Notes under the pieces: model-generated
What the model saw: only the letters and a program-made list of their open reading frames with translations
What the model was told of the DNA's origin: nothing
The model's database searches: none
Translations under genes and position numbers: made by a program
Assembly (NCBI RefSeq): GCF_000143415.4
Contig: NW_003314298.1
Span: 1,410,602 to 1,474,601, forward strand
Direction of reading: 5' to 3'
DNA length: 64,000 nucleotides
From: Selaginella moellendorffii
Taxonomy: Eukaryota > Plantae > Lycopodiophyta
Part shown: positions 42,993 through 56,196 of the stretch, piece after piece
Layout: every line of letters starts with the position of its first letter
How positions within the stretch are numbered: the stretch's first letter is position 1

Positions 42993-45057
42993 TCAACTTA
43001 TGATACACTCGCGCGGACTTCCGAGGCTATCGTCCGAGCTGTCCTCGTCCGAGTTCTCCGTGGATATGAGATTGTAGTAGCCTTCTTCTTCGTTGTGCTC
43101 CTGCGCGTCGTCTTGGTTCTGCGCCTCCGGGTCGACGAATCGGGCGCTCTGGAGATGGAGAACTCGCATGATGATCTCGGGCGTGAACGGGACGTTCGAC
43201 AGATCCTCGCGGCTTCGCTTGTTCCTCTCCATGATCTGCACGAAGTTAAAGACAATGGTGGAGAGAAGACTCACTCGAAAACAGGAGAACTTACCTTGTC
43301 AGCATTTGGAGGAAATGGTTCTCGATCCACGCTGGTTGGAGCCCAGAGCTTGATCGTCTTGTCCATTCCGCTCGTCGCCAGGAACGCGGTGTGAGGATGA
43401 GGCTCGAGGCAATTCACGACCCGCCTGTCTCCCTTGAGCATCGTCACGAGAGCTCCTCCACGCTTCTTCCAGATGAAAATGTGACCACAGTCGGAGCCGC
43501 TCATCACGTACTCGCTGTTCGGCCCGTAGAAGTTGACGCCCTTCACCGTCTGTGCGTTCCTGTGGCCCCTGTAAACTTGCGGAGATCTTCCATCGTCGGC
43601 GGCGCTCGACTTCTCCTTGTCGTCGTCCATGTCGCCACTTTGATCTTCGTCTTCCGCGTCGTCGTCTCCATCCTTCTTCCTGATGCTTGTGTCGATCTCG
43701 TCGTCGCAGTCGGGGGTGTCGGAGTTTACTTCTTCGTCCGACGCCGAGTCGTCGTCGGGCCTCGTCTGATCCTGGACTTCCATGTCCCTCTGGAAGAGGT
43801 AGATGTGCTCGTCGCTGTATGAGACGAGGAGCTCCTCTTGGTGAGAGTAAGCGACGCAGGTGATGTGTATGTGCGGGAAGCCGATGAGGTGTTTTGGAGT
43901 GTAGAGGCTGACTGGTGTGTCGTCACCGATCTTTCTCAGGTCGTAAACTCGGGCGTAGACGTCGTCGCCACCGACAGCGAGATAGTTTGGATTCCGGGGA
44001 TTGATGACGATTGAATTCAGGCGGACAAGCGGGCCTCTGGATTTGAAGCGGTTCTGACAGCTTAGAAGCTTTGTCCGCCTGTTGTCTCGCAGATCAAACT
44101 AGAAAACAAACACACTACGTATCAAAACCAGGGAAAGACTCCAAGGATTCGCTTACATGTAGGACAATACCATCTTCTCCACAGCTGAAGAACGTTCGAG
44201 GACTTCCTGGCTCGACCGCAAGCTTGTGAGCAGGACCTCTGTGCTTGGCTAGTTTCTTAGTCTCAACTCTTCCATCCTCGGAGATCAAAGCATGACGCAC
44301 CTACAAAAAGTTGGAAAGATTAGATTTTTTGTTCTAGGTGGTAGTTTGGTTGACGAAACACGATCAGGGAGAGAACTTAACGAAAATGGAAGGAATGAAC
44401 GACTTACTTGTCCATCAGCAGCACAGCTGACAACACTGCGATCATCCGAGAAAGGCATAATTCTCGCTTGGAAAACATTCTGCTCGTGACCCGAGTGATA
44501 GATGAGCTTCTTTCGTCCGGCCATCCAGTCCCAGAAGATGATCTGCTTGTCATCCGAGCCGGACACCAATCGATCGCCGGAGGGATTGAAGTGAACAGTG
44601 TTAACGCATCCTCGATGCCCAGAAAGTCTGCGAAACTCCTTAAGTCGTTGTACCATGTCCTGGGAAAAGGAGAAGAGAAAAACGAAAAGTCAAGTTCCGA
44701 CCAAAAAAATTTGATCATTCCCCAAGAGCGCAGAAAAGAATGAAGGAAAGAAATCCTGGAAAGATGAAGAAGAGGAAGAAATTTAAATCCAAGGAACTCC
44801 ATATCTCCAAAAACGAAGAGCATTGTAAGAAAGCACGAAAAAGAGAATGGGAATCCATGCAAGGAGGAAGCCACCAGACCTAAGGAGATGAAAACCCAGG
44901 CGATCGCTACACGCACCTCACAGCCGCCGATTCGATGCGCGTAGAGCGACGGCCGCAAGCTGCCGATCTCGCGCTTGTAGAGCTCGAAGTGCCTACATTT
45001 GTAGAGCTCCAGAGCTGGAGTGGAGCTCCGCGAAGCCGAAGCGCCATCGCAGTCCAT
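42993..45057 (-). CDS. WD40 protein, DDB1- and CUL4-associated factor 8-like
   Basis: LSGHRGCVNTVHFN, HEQNVFQARIMPFSDD, YRGHRNAQTVKGVNFYGP, SGSDCGHIFIWKK, VVNCLEPHP. Confidence 0.9.
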
Positions 45058-45188
45058 CGTAGCGCGCTCGCTCGCAGCTCTCGTCTCCCGGCTAGGGATT
45101 TTCACGGGACGTCTCCCATGATACCGCGATTCTACTTAGGTCACAAAAGATTCACTGGAAGAGGAAGAGGAATTTAGGGTTTATAGGG

Positions 45189-45908
45189 ATGGATGGGGGC
45201 GATGGCGACGACGATTTCCCGCTACTCTCTGGATCCGACGAGGACGAGCCCGTGAGGAATCCAGACGAAGACGCCGAGGCGCAGGGAGAGGCGGAGGATG
45301 GAGAGGCGGAGGGCGAGGCGGCGGCGGAGGTGGAGGCCGAGGAGGATGAAGATCAGCAGCAGCAGGTCGAGGTCGAGAAGCCACGGCAGCAGCCGATCGT
45401 GGACACGGATAGAATCCAGTGAGTAGATCGAAATATCTCTCCTCCAGTTCTAAATTCTTCTCTTTTGTGTGTTCTAGGGAAGCTATGGGAAGATTTACTG
45501 CAGATCAGCTAGATCGGTATGAGCACTACCGGCGGTCGGGCTTTCCCAAGACGCAAATGCGTAGAGTGAGTGGTTCCTTTGCTTCTCTTCGTGATTTCGC
45601 TGAATTTTTCTTTCTTTTGATCTTTCTCAGCTTGTCCAAAACGTAGCAGGGTGTTCTATATCAGTGCCAATGTCGATCGTTATGTCTGGTCTCGCGAAGA
45701 TGTTCGTGGGTGATGTTATCGAAACGGGTAAAAGTCCAAGAGCGCGTTCTTTTTTTTTTTCTAACTTCGTGGTCTCGCAGCTCGAATCATAATGTCCGAG
45801 CAACAGGAAGAGGGACCGATCCGACCCCGTCATCTCCGCCAAGCGTACCGGCGACTGAAGCTAGAGGGGAAGCTTCCGATTCGATCCAGACCAAGCCTTT
45901 TTCGCTAG
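45189..45908 (+). CDS. TAF11: TFIID subunit TAF11
   Basis: Acidic N-terminus, FTADQLDRYEHYRRSGF, IVMSGLAKMFVGDVIETA, GPIRPRHLRQAYRRL; 4 exons. Confidence 0.92.
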
Positions 45909-45960
45909 AACAAGAAAACTCGAGATGTCAGCTGCAAAGGCTCTACGAAACTTGGTATGT

Positions 45961-47670
45961 CTAAGTCGCTTTCGATTTCTCTCTAGGTACTTTTTCGCCG
46001 TAGAGGTTTGACAAAAGAACGTGTGATGTTGAATTCTCAGGGTCTCCATCGTACAAATGCGAAGCCGCCACTTTCGCTCGCTGGAAATCTCGATGAGTTT
46101 TACACCCGGCAAGAAGAGCTCCCCAGGTGATCTCGTCAGGGACAAAGGGCATTTGGTTTATGAGCTCCTCGGCCCTGTCAAGCTGCCCAGCTCTCGCGAG
46201 AAGATCCACCATGCAAGAGAAGTGTTCTATCCCGGGTCTAAGCACGGGATCCTCGCTCATCAGCAAGAAGTAAGACCATCCTTGTTCCAATCGGCCTCCA
46301 TGACAACAGGCTATTAAAACTCCGAGGTATGAGATCTCGTTTGGTTTGCAGGAGTCCAGGAACATCAGCCCAAAACACTCGATCGCTTCTTTGTCATGTC
46401 CAGATTGAGCGTTTGCTACGATCAAAGTCGTGAAAGTTATAGTGTTTCTCTCAGGAGATTGATAGAACATCTTTCTTGCTTTGGCTGTAAGACCTTTGTG
46501 AGCATATGCTCCAATGATAATGTTGTAAGAGACAACGTTCCTCTCGGGCATATTCTCGAACGTAAGCCTCGCATCTAGAAGATGCCCGTTCTGGGTATAT
46601 GCCGTTAGTAGGCTTGTCCACGTTACAATGTCGTGAAGAGGCATCTTGTCAAACGTTGCTTTAACCTCGTTTAGCTGGGCGTGTTCACCAAGGATAAGAA
46701 TCACTGCGGTACACGTGACAACATTATACTCGGGCATCTTTCCAAAGATGCTCATTACAGCCTCTAGATTCCCATCCTCGGCATATGCCTGTAGAAGCGT
46801 ATTCCACGCGACCAAAGTCTTCTCACGCATTCTATCAAATACCTCTTTTGCACCGCGTAGATTCCTGTTCACAGCGTAAGCTTGCAGCATCGCAGTCCAA
46901 GCTACCGTATTATGCTCCGGCATATTCTCAAACATTCTTCTTGCTACCACAAGATCCCCTTCTTGGGCATATGCCGAGAGCATAGCTGTCATAGATACCA
47001 CGTCGTGCTCTGGAATATTTTCTCGTAAATACTCAACCCCGGAGAACTCACCACTCTCGGAATATGCCTGCAGCATCGTAGAGTACGTGACCACATTACG
47101 CTCGAGCATCTCGTCAAACATTCTCTTGACCACGTCCAGATACCCTTCCCGGGCATATGCCATAAGCAGGGTATTCCACGTCACGAGATTCCACTCGGGC
47201 ATCCGGTCAAACACCGACTTGGCACCGGCGAGATTCCGATGCTGGGCATATGCCTGCACCATCGCCGTCCACGTCACGATATTCCGGTCGGGCATCAGGT
47301 CAAAGATTCCCTTCGCATCGTCCAGATTCCCGCGGCGGCCGTACGCCGTGAGCATCAGCGTCCACAGCACGACATCCGGGCCGTCCATTCTGTCAAAGAG
47401 CTCCCGCGCTTGATCCAGATGCCCGTTCTGGGCAAATGCTGTCACCATGATGTTCCACGAGAAATAGTTTGGATCTTTGAGGTTATCGAAGATCTGCTTG
47501 GCGTGGAACACTTGCCCGCACCTTCCGTACATCTCGATCAAGAGATTCAAGAGCAGCGTGTTCTGGCCGTGCTGCCCTTTACGAATCGCTTCGTGTAGCT
47601 CGCGGCCCCGGGCGAGATTTCTAGATTCGCCACTGGATCGGACGAGCGAAGCTAGAGATTTCACGTCCAT
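45961..47670 (-). CDS. PLS-class PPR protein with E domain (organellar RNA editing factor-like)
   Basis: Intronless ORF. Tandem 31-aa repeats (FDRMPE.N.VTW..ML.AY), [21 protein letters not shown]. Confidence 0.9.
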   Translation of the reverse strand: MDVKSLASLVRSSGESRNLARGRELHEAIRKGQHGQNTLLLNLLIEMYGRCGQVFHAKQIFDNLKDPNYFSWNIMVTAFAQNGHLDQARELFDRMDGPDVVLWTLMLTAYGRRGNLDDAKGIFDLMPDRNIVTWTAMVQAYAQHRNLAGAKSVFDRMPEWNLVTWNTLLMAYAREGYLDVVKRMFDEMLERNVVTYSTMLQAYSESGEFSGVEYLRENIPEHDVVSMTAMLSAYAQEGDLVVARRMFENMPEHNTVAWTAMLQAYAVNRNLRGAKEVFDRMREKTLVAWNTLLQAYAEDGNLEAVMSIFGKMPEYNVVTCTAVILILGEHAQLNEVKATFDKMPLHDIVTWTSLLTAYTQNGHLLDARLTFENMPERNVVSYNIIIGAYAHKGLTAKARKMFYQSPERNTITFTTLIVANAQSGHDKEAIECFGLMFLDSCKPNEISYLGVLIACCHGGRLEQGWSYFLLMSEDPVLRPGIEHFSCMVDLLARAGQLDRAEELINQMPFVPDEITWGALLAGCKTHRDFQRAKVAASHLYDGDPENSTSHVLLSNLYGEKVPREKSKAT

Positions 47671-47770
47671 TCCATCAAGATGTTTAGAGAAAACCAAAAA
47701 ATAGTTCGACTATTAAGGAGAACACTCCACGCATTTGTACTGCCCTGTACAAAAAGCCCAAGCTTGATCT

Positions 47771-48113
47771 TCATTGGAATCCCCCGGCGCCGCCGCGGAG
47801 CGCGAGAACGAGATGGAGCACGGATCCGCCCTCGATGTTGTAATCGCGCGCGGTTTTGTCGTCGTTCATCTGCTTCCCGGCAAAGATCAGCCTGCAAGAA
47901 CAAAGAGTCATTCCATCTCTCCCAGAAGAAACAAGAGATTTCTTTCGCTTGCCTCTGCTGGACGGGAGGAATCCCTTCCTTCTCCTCGACGCGCTCCTTG
48001 ATGCGCTCGATCGTGTCATTGGGCTCGATGTCGATCTCGATTTCCTTGCCTGTGAGTGTCTTCACCTTGATCATGGTGCCGCCCAGCAGCCGGAAGAAGC
48101 CATGCTTGCCCAT
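47771..48113 (-). CDS. RUB: RUB/NEDD8 ubiquitin-like protein precursor
   Basis: ([13 protein letters not shown])[18 protein letters not shown]...PPVQQR|LIFAGKQM...[19 protein letters not shown] intron 47892-47952. Alternative ATG at 48074. Confidence 0.93.
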
Positions 48114-48345
48114 CGGAGCTCCCCCCAGTCCAGCAGCCCTAACCCTAGGCCTTTAAAACTGTACGGAAAACTTTAGGACTGAGAACTTTGCATGGGACAC
48201 ATGGCATCCAACGGCTCAGATTGGTCAGATTAGGGTTTAGGGTTATGGAAGGTTACTTGTTCTTCCCTCTCTCTCTCTGTTATCTGGCTGTTTGATCGAT
48301 CGATCGATCGATTCGAGCGATTTGTGAGGACGCAGCGCTCAATCA

Positions 48346-51300
48346 ATGGTACATTTTATCACTGATCCAGCAGGGGAGGAAGAGGATAGCAAGAATTCAA
48401 GCATGCAGGAAAGATCTAGTTTAAAAATGTATGGATCGGAGGAAGAGGAGGACGATCCAGTGGCATCCCAGGCAGGGCCGCTGCTCGGCGAGGAGGGATA
48501 CCACGATCACAGCGTTTCTTCGTCCAAGCTCGGGTCTGGATCGCCGGTTTTCTCATCGCGGGTGGGGAGATTGCTCCGCGAGAGGCAGCTCCGGAGGGGC
48601 GAGAGCGGCGCCGGCGATATCGATGGGATTGGGGGCTCGGAGGGGATCATCAAGGACGAGCAGAGGCAAAGGCTTCTCGTCGTGGCGAATCGCTTGCCAG
48701 TGTCGGCTATCCGGCGTAGTGAGAATGCGTGGGCCTTGGAGCTCAGTGCTGGTGGGCTTGTTAGTGCGCTACTTGGTACGTGTTTTTTTCCTCCTCGTTT
48801 TTCTTTTCTTCCCGGAGCTCTAGCTTGCTTTCTTTGATCTTGCATCTTTGATCCTCGCAGGAGTGAAGCAATTCGAAACGACGTGGATCGGCTGGGCTGG
48901 TGTCAATGTCCAGGACGACGTAGGAAAAGAATCTCTTTCGAGAGCTCTCGGGGAGGAGGTAAAAGCGTGCTTTGTTCGAGTGCTCCTTTTGTTCTTGAGC
49001 TCATCGTTTGTGAATTTTTTGCCTGTTTCTTCCAGGGGTTTGTGCCGGTCTTTCTCGACGAACAGACTGTTGATCTCTACTACAATGGCTACTGTAACAA
49101 CGTTCTCTGGCCGCTTTTCCATTACATTGGACTCACCCAGGACGATAGGCTGGCTGCGACTCGTGGTCTCGAGGCCCAGTTTAATGCGTACAAGCGCGCA
49201 AACTCGATTTTTGCGCAGGTTGTTCTCTCGCATTATCAGAAAGGGGACGTCGTCTGGTGTCACGACTACCATCTGATGTTTCTGCCGAGGTTTCTCAAAG
49301 AAGCCAAGAGTGAGATGAAAGTTGGATGGTTCTTGCATACGCCGTTTCCGTCGTCGGAGATTTACAGGACTTTGCCGCAGCGGTCGGAGCTGTTGCAAGC
49401 CGTGTTGAAAGCCGATTTGATCGGGTATGTGTTTATGTTATCCAGGACTAGGGGTAGCTGATGGTTCGCAGGTTTCATACATATGACTATGCGAGACACT
49501 TTGTCAGTGCATGCACACGTATTTTGGGCTTGGAAGGGACGCCAGATGGTGTTGAAGATCAAGGAAAGCTCACTAGAGTCGCAGCTGTACGTATGAAGTT
49601 CGGCTTTTGGTCTTTGGTATGTATTGAGCTGTAGTTTTGAGCAGTTTCCAATCGGGATTGATGCGGAGCGCTTTGTGAGGGCCTTGCATACGTCTACTGT
49701 TAGAAATCATATTCAGGAGCTCTCTAGGCGATTCTCGGGACGAAAGGTACGAGGCTTTGAATGGATTGGCTTTGTGTTTCACACGTATTGTTTTGTCAGG
49801 TTATGCTGGGCGTTGATAGATTGGATATGATCAAAGGAATTCCGCAGAAGCTACTAGCGTTTGAAAAGTTTCTCGAGGACAATCCGATTTGGCACGACAA
49901 AGTCGTCATGGTTCAGATCGCGGTGCCTACTCGAACAGATGTTCATGAATGTAGATTGACTTTATCTGTCTTGCGCTTTTTAACTTCGAGACTTTTGTAG
50001 ATCAGAAGCTATCGAGCCAAGTTCACGAGATTGTTGGACGTATTAATGGTCGATTCGGAACCTTGACAACAGTTCCCATCCATCATCTGGTAGACGAAGT
50101 AATTTTATTCTTATTTGGCTTTGTCAAGTTTCAAAATAGGACCGATCACTGGAGTTTTGTGAGCTATGTGCTCTGTATGCGATTACTGGTAAGCTTTAAA
50201 ACTTCGTAAGTTTCTGGTTATACTTATGCCACTATTAGACGTGTTGCTGGTAACATCTCTGCGGGACGGCATGAATCTTGTGAGCTACGAGTATGTCGCA
50301 TGCCAGGACCAGAAGAAGGGTGTTCTTGTCTTGAGCGAGGTGCTGAATTAAATTTCTTCAGATTGGAGCTTTTAAGTGATTCATGCTTGTAGTTTGCAGG
50401 TGCAGCACAATCGCTGGGTGCTGGAGCGATACTTATCAATCCTTGGAACATTGTCGAGGCGGCTTGTGCCATAGCAGATGCGTTGAACATGAGCGAGACT
50501 GAACGGCAAGAAAGACACCGTCACAACTTCATCCATGTTACATCCCATACGGCTCAGCTCTGGGCCGACACGTTTGTAAGGTAAACTCGTACTAGGTTCT
50601 TCGTATCTCAAACGCTCTCATTGTTTTCTTTCCAGTGAACTAAACGATACGGTTGTGGAGGCAGAGTTGCGCATTCTGCGTGTACCCCCACCACTGCCGG
50701 TCGAGAAAGCAATTAGCAGTTATGCTACGTCGAAGAACTGCTTGCTGATTCTAGTAAACTTGTTATGGTTTTCCATCTTGTAATTGTGACTTACTTCGAT
50801 GTTTTACTCTACTTCAGGGATTTAATGCGGCTCTCACTGCACAAGCAGACGCTCCTCGCCTTGATCGTGTTAGAGAAACTTTGCATCCTGCTTTGCACGA
50901 AACTCTTCGACATTTATGTGCGGATCCAAAGGCAACGGTTGTGATACTCAGTGGTAGCGAGCGCTCTCTTCTTGACGAGGTCACTTCTGATTGTTTCTCG
51001 AGAATTCTGATTTTTGTCGGTAGAGTTTCAGGCTTTTGGCGATTTTAAGTTATGGCTTGCTGCGGAAAATGGCATGTTTCTCAGACACACGTCTGGTGAC
51101 TGGATGACAACAATGCCCGAGCACCTCAATTTGGACTGGGTTGAGAGCGTGCAGGTACCATCAGAAGCTGGTTCTTTTTGTAGTACAGCAATGGTGGTTT
51201 TAACAAGCGCTCCAACAGCTGGTGTTCGATTATTTCAGCGAGCGCACACCGAGATCATATGTCGAAGCTCGTCAAACTTCTCTAGTGTGGAACTTCAAGT

Positions 51301-52009
51301 ATGCAGGTTGGTACCTTTTGTGTGTCTCTTAGCTGCTTATATTTTACTTTTCTTCTGCGCAGATCTTGAGTTTGGAAGGGTTCAAGCGTGGGATATGTTG
51401 CAGCACTTGTGGACAGGACCAATCTCAAATGCCGCCGTGGATGTCGTCCAAGGGAGCAAATCGGTGGAAGTTCGTCCTGTTGGAGTTTCGAAGGTAAGAA
51501 AACCATCGATATCCTTTTCTTTTTCCCCTCGTAACAGAGAAAATCCTACAGGGTGCCGCAATCGACCGCATTCTTGGAGAAGTTGTCCACAGCAAGAATA
51601 TGAGCGTGCCAATCGACTACGTGATGTGCATTGGACATTTCCTCAGCAAGGTTTGCTACAATCAGCAAAGATACGATAAAAGTTTTGAGCGTCGTCTTTC
51701 CAGGACGAAGACATCTACACGTTTTTCGAGCCGGACTTGCCTTACCAGAGAGTGAATATAGAACCCAAAGCAGCGTCTCCCCCGAGATCCAAAGCAGCAC
51801 CATCAACAACAAAAGCAGCGCGCTCGCCGGATCATCCGATTGCTCCCCAGGAATCGTCAATGATCCAAGGTGCGTCGGTTCTGGATCTCAACGGGGAGAA
51901 CTATTTCTCGTGCACTGTTGGAAGGCAGCGATCTCTCGCGAGATACTCTCTTGCAGGCAGCGAAGAAGTTGTAGCGTTTCTTAGCTCTTTGGCGAAGCCA
52001 AGCAACTGA
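48346..52009 (+). CDS. TPS1: Class I trehalose-6-phosphate synthase
   Basis: [74 protein letters not shown], and a C-terminal TPP-like domain; about 17 exons. Confidence 0.95.
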
Positions 52010-52123
52010 TAAACTTTGAATCTACGCCGTCGGATTGGCTAAAATCCGACGGCTGTGAACAAACTTACTTGGATAGTAAAATGTGACATTCTCTAATTTC
52101 TAGCTCTAGGGTTTTTGAGCTCC

Positions 52124-55100
52124 ATGGCAGCGTCCACCTGGCTCACCAAGTTCCAGAGCTTCAAGATCTCCTCCGAGAGCTTGATCATCGCAAGTAAGTC
52201 GCATTTTCCATCCCTCAGATCTGATAATACGCTCCCGCCAGTCGATGATGTGAGCGATTTGTGGCCGCTCGTCAAGGATTCCTTCGAGGCTCGCATTCCG
52301 CTCAAGAAGACGCTGCTCAACAACAAGGCTCGCAATCCCGTTGTCGTGGAGAAGCTGCCGGTGGAATTTGTGCTCACTACAGATCCGCGCCTTCGGTCTC
52401 GATTTCCTTTGGAGCAATCGCCCTTTTTCTTCCGGCTCCCCTATGCGACCATTCTCTTGGTGACATGCGAGGTACTGTAGCTCCATCCAATTTTTTCTAG
52501 AATTTTTCTCCTTTTGTGTTGTTTCCTTTCTAGTTGCTACAAGCAATGTGGGTGGCTTGCGCAGGACATTGACGATTACAAGGCCATTTTGAAGCCGCGA
52601 ATCAAAGGCATGGTACAAAACGATGAGCGAGAATGGTTTATCGTTTTTGTATCCAAGGCCAATCCCAATGATCCGACCGGGAAGCAGGCGAAGCGCATCT
52701 ATAGCAAGCTGGAAGTTGACTTCAGCAGCAAGAGACGCGAAAGGTTTTTCTTTCTTTTTTTCTCTTTTGCTCGCGTTATTTCTATGAGCTGTGAGAACTT
52801 ATGCCAGACGAGTTTTTGTAGATGTTGCAAGCTGGATTTAAGTGCCTCGGACGCAGCCTCGTGGGAGGAAATTGATGCTCGCACTAGCGAATGCATCCGC
52901 AATACGCTAGAGCGTCGGGTACAGTCTTATGATGAGGTCAAGCGGCTAAACGAAAATCGTTCGATGCCGGGATGGAGCTTCTCCAACCTTTTCACCGTTA
53001 TGGTATGCTTTCCTTTTGGATTTATGGCTCTTGCCAACGTTCAAGTCTATTCCAATGCAGGAGGGTCTGGCCTTTATGTTTGAGCTTGCATATCTCTTTG
53101 AGGACGCACTTCGAGAATATGATGATATTGAGCAAATATATCTGGAAATAGGTGAGGTAGTGTTTCAAGCTGCATTTTGTATGTCCATATGCTAGACCAT
53201 GGCCTGCTAAAGCAATTCATTTCTGATTTGCAGTAACTGGTCATGGCAGTTAATATTCCTTCCTCGAAGATGAGGGACTTTGGCGGAATGGACCATGGGG
53301 ACGACCGTGCAGCACTTCTCGAAGTGTCACGGAAGCAAGTCACACAGTTTACTGTTGACGATTATTTCCGTGAATTTGACTTCCGCCAGTACCTTTTTGC
53401 ACGTCAGGCTTCGGTAGTTTTTCTAACCATTACTGTTGTTCCTTGCTAAAGATTAGTCTCTGCAGTTGCTGTTCAAGTTAAACCGTACAATTGATGTTGC
53501 TGGAAGAGGATTGTATTTCATTTACTCGTTCTCAAAAATTTTATCTATGCACGAGGTAATCTTTGTCCTTCTCTCTTGGAAATGGGATGTTTAATACAGC
53601 TTGTATTAAACAGAAAAACCTGCCATTTTGTATGCGGGAAATATGGGTAGTTTCAGCCTGCCTGTCACTAATAAAAGCGACAGTGGAATGTTTTACTCCT
53701 CGATCAGTGACGCCAGACGCTGAAAAGGAATTCTATCGCCTTCAAGCAGACTTGAACTCGCTTGCTAGAACAAAGGTAACATTTAAATGGTTTTGCGATG
53801 GCTTTTTTGGTAACCTTGAACTTTAGTTGATGAGGCTATCCGAGATTCTTGGATACGGACCACTACATTCAACTTCGCCGCGCAGAAGTTTGTATTCAAG
53901 TGGTAGCCCCGCAAGCCCATCGGCAGCCGCTGCTGAGAAGCCAAAGAAACTAGATGACGCACATACTGATGCAGTGGCTGAAATACTAAAAATTGTCACC
54001 CACGAAGGCCTCAAAAAAGCATTATCATCACCTGAAGGATATGAGGTATGAAGAATGTTTTCTTACCTGTACTCTGTCTTAAAGTGACACGCAGGCAATG
54101 TATCTTGAACTTACACGAGCAGCAGCTGACAACTACCATCGCTCTCGCAAAAGGCATGGTGTTGTCCTGGATGGTGAAGTAGCGGCATTACACCTTCGGA
54201 CAGGGAATTTTGATTCTGCGGCGAAACTATACGAGAAAGTTTGTGCTCTCTATTCCGGTGAGAGATGGCATGCTTTGGTAGCTGAGGTCCTCCCACGTCT
54301 TGCCGAATGCCAGAAACAATTGGGCGACCTTGGGGGATATCTTTCTTCCTGCATAAAGCTCCTGTCACTGGATCGCGGATTGGTACCTGTTGAGCAAAGG
54401 AAGGCCCTTCAGTCCGAAGTTGTGAAACTCGCACACAGTGGACTGAAAGTTCCTCTTCCCGTGGACGTGTCAGCTCTGATGACGTTCTGCGGACAACCTG
54501 GACCACCATTGGAGCTCTTTGAAGGGGATCCAGGGACGCTGCCGGTTACAGTATGGAGTGGATTCACCGACGAGATTTCACTCCAATCCCTGAGCATGAC
54601 GCTGTCTGCAACTTTCAGTCTTGATGAAAGTGCCAAGGTTTGAAATGCGTCATTCATGTGATATTCTGATATGTGTTTCTGCAGACCATCAAGAGTGCAG
54701 ATGTCCCTGTTCTGTCACCAGGAAAGAATACTATTTCGATGGTGGTGCAACCTCAAAAACCAGGATCATATGTTCTTGGAGCATTAACTGGACAACTTGG
54801 TCAAGTGGCGATACGTTCACATTCATGTTGCACCATCAGCGCCATTGGCTCGCTTGAAAATGATGACTATTTGAGCTCGGAGAGGCCCGTAAGACCCGTG
54901 CTCCAGGTATGGCTTTTAAAAACATGTACAGGATCAAATTAAATTCCTCTGTGTCCTTGACAGGTTTCGGTTCCTCGACCCCTTGTCGAAATGAAGCCAG
55001 AAACGTCACGTACAGAACCAGAATTGTCAGGTCTTACGGAGCCGTTTCGTCTCAGCACTCGGGTCGTCGCAAACGAAAATGCGGGAGTCTTTCTGCTGCA

Positions 55101-55995
55101 GGTATTCCTCCATATCGCGCGTTTCACTCACTTGACAAGTTCTGCAGGTTACTTTGCTATCCCAAGTTAACGTCGGAGTTACAATCTTAGATGCCGCACT
55201 TAGCTTGCAAGGTGGTTTTCATCATGCCACTAGTAGCTCCGATCCGTTGTGGATGCTTCCAATCGCGATTTCTGGATATGCCGAATGCGCTCTCGTTTTC
55301 CTAATCAAATTAGACGACCACGAAAACGGCGGTGAGTAAAAGCAAACTTACTACTGCCACGCTCAAAACTTTTCTCTCAGATCTTCCCAATGGTGGTGGC
55401 TACGAAGAGGAACCAAGAGAAAGAAGCGCTCTGTCCGTTAGCTACAAGATATCTGGAAGCCAAGCATCCTCAACCTCAGGGGAAGGCAAGATCGACGAGC
55501 AAGACGTCCTGACTTTCAAAGGCTTCTTCCAGCTGCAAGTGCCGGTCTCGGACCATCAAGTAGCAGTCGGGATGCTGCCACTACCAGGCCCGTGTCCACG
55601 AGTCGGCAAGCAAGTTATCCTCCAGTGGAGAATCGAGAGACTCAAGAAAGCGCAGTCGAGCGAGGTAAAGCTCAGCCATTTACTTTCTCTTTTCATTCAT
55701 GGTTCTTTTGTAGATCGAGCAGCTTGCGTACGAAGTCAAGGCGAGCCCGGCGTCCTGGATGGTTGCGGGGAGGCGGAAAGGTTTTGTGTCACTGGCGATC
55801 CAATCCGGTACGAAGCTAGTCGTGTCGATTGCTTGCCTGCCTTTGGTTGCCGGGCATGTCCGCCCCCCATCGCTGGAACTTTGCGGGATTGATCACTCGC
55901 AAGTCAGCCATTGTCAGCCAGCTTCTCATCTCGTGTACATTCTGCCGCCTTCACCCTGTTACGCGTTTTGCCTCGAGGAGAAGCCACAGTCTTGA
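52124..55995 (+). CDS. TRS130: TRAPPII-specific subunit TRS130/TRAPPC10
   Basis: LPVEFVLTTDPRLRSRFP, QNDEREWFIVFVSKA, FREFDFRQYLFARQ, KRHGVVLDGE, WMVAGRRKG. Confidence 0.9.
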
Positions 55996-56196
55996 ATGAA
56001 AAGCTTGCAACGATTTCATCGTTGTGCTTGTTTTCTTTCATTGAAACTCTAGAAATACAAATGTAAACAGATGCTCTGTGAGGTACTCTTTCGTGAAGTT
56101 TGTCAAATCCCATCCTTTGTTTGCGGGACAGGGAATTTGGGCAAATTCACGTAGGTACACAGAGGTTATGTTATCTAATGAGTGGTCAGTAGAACC

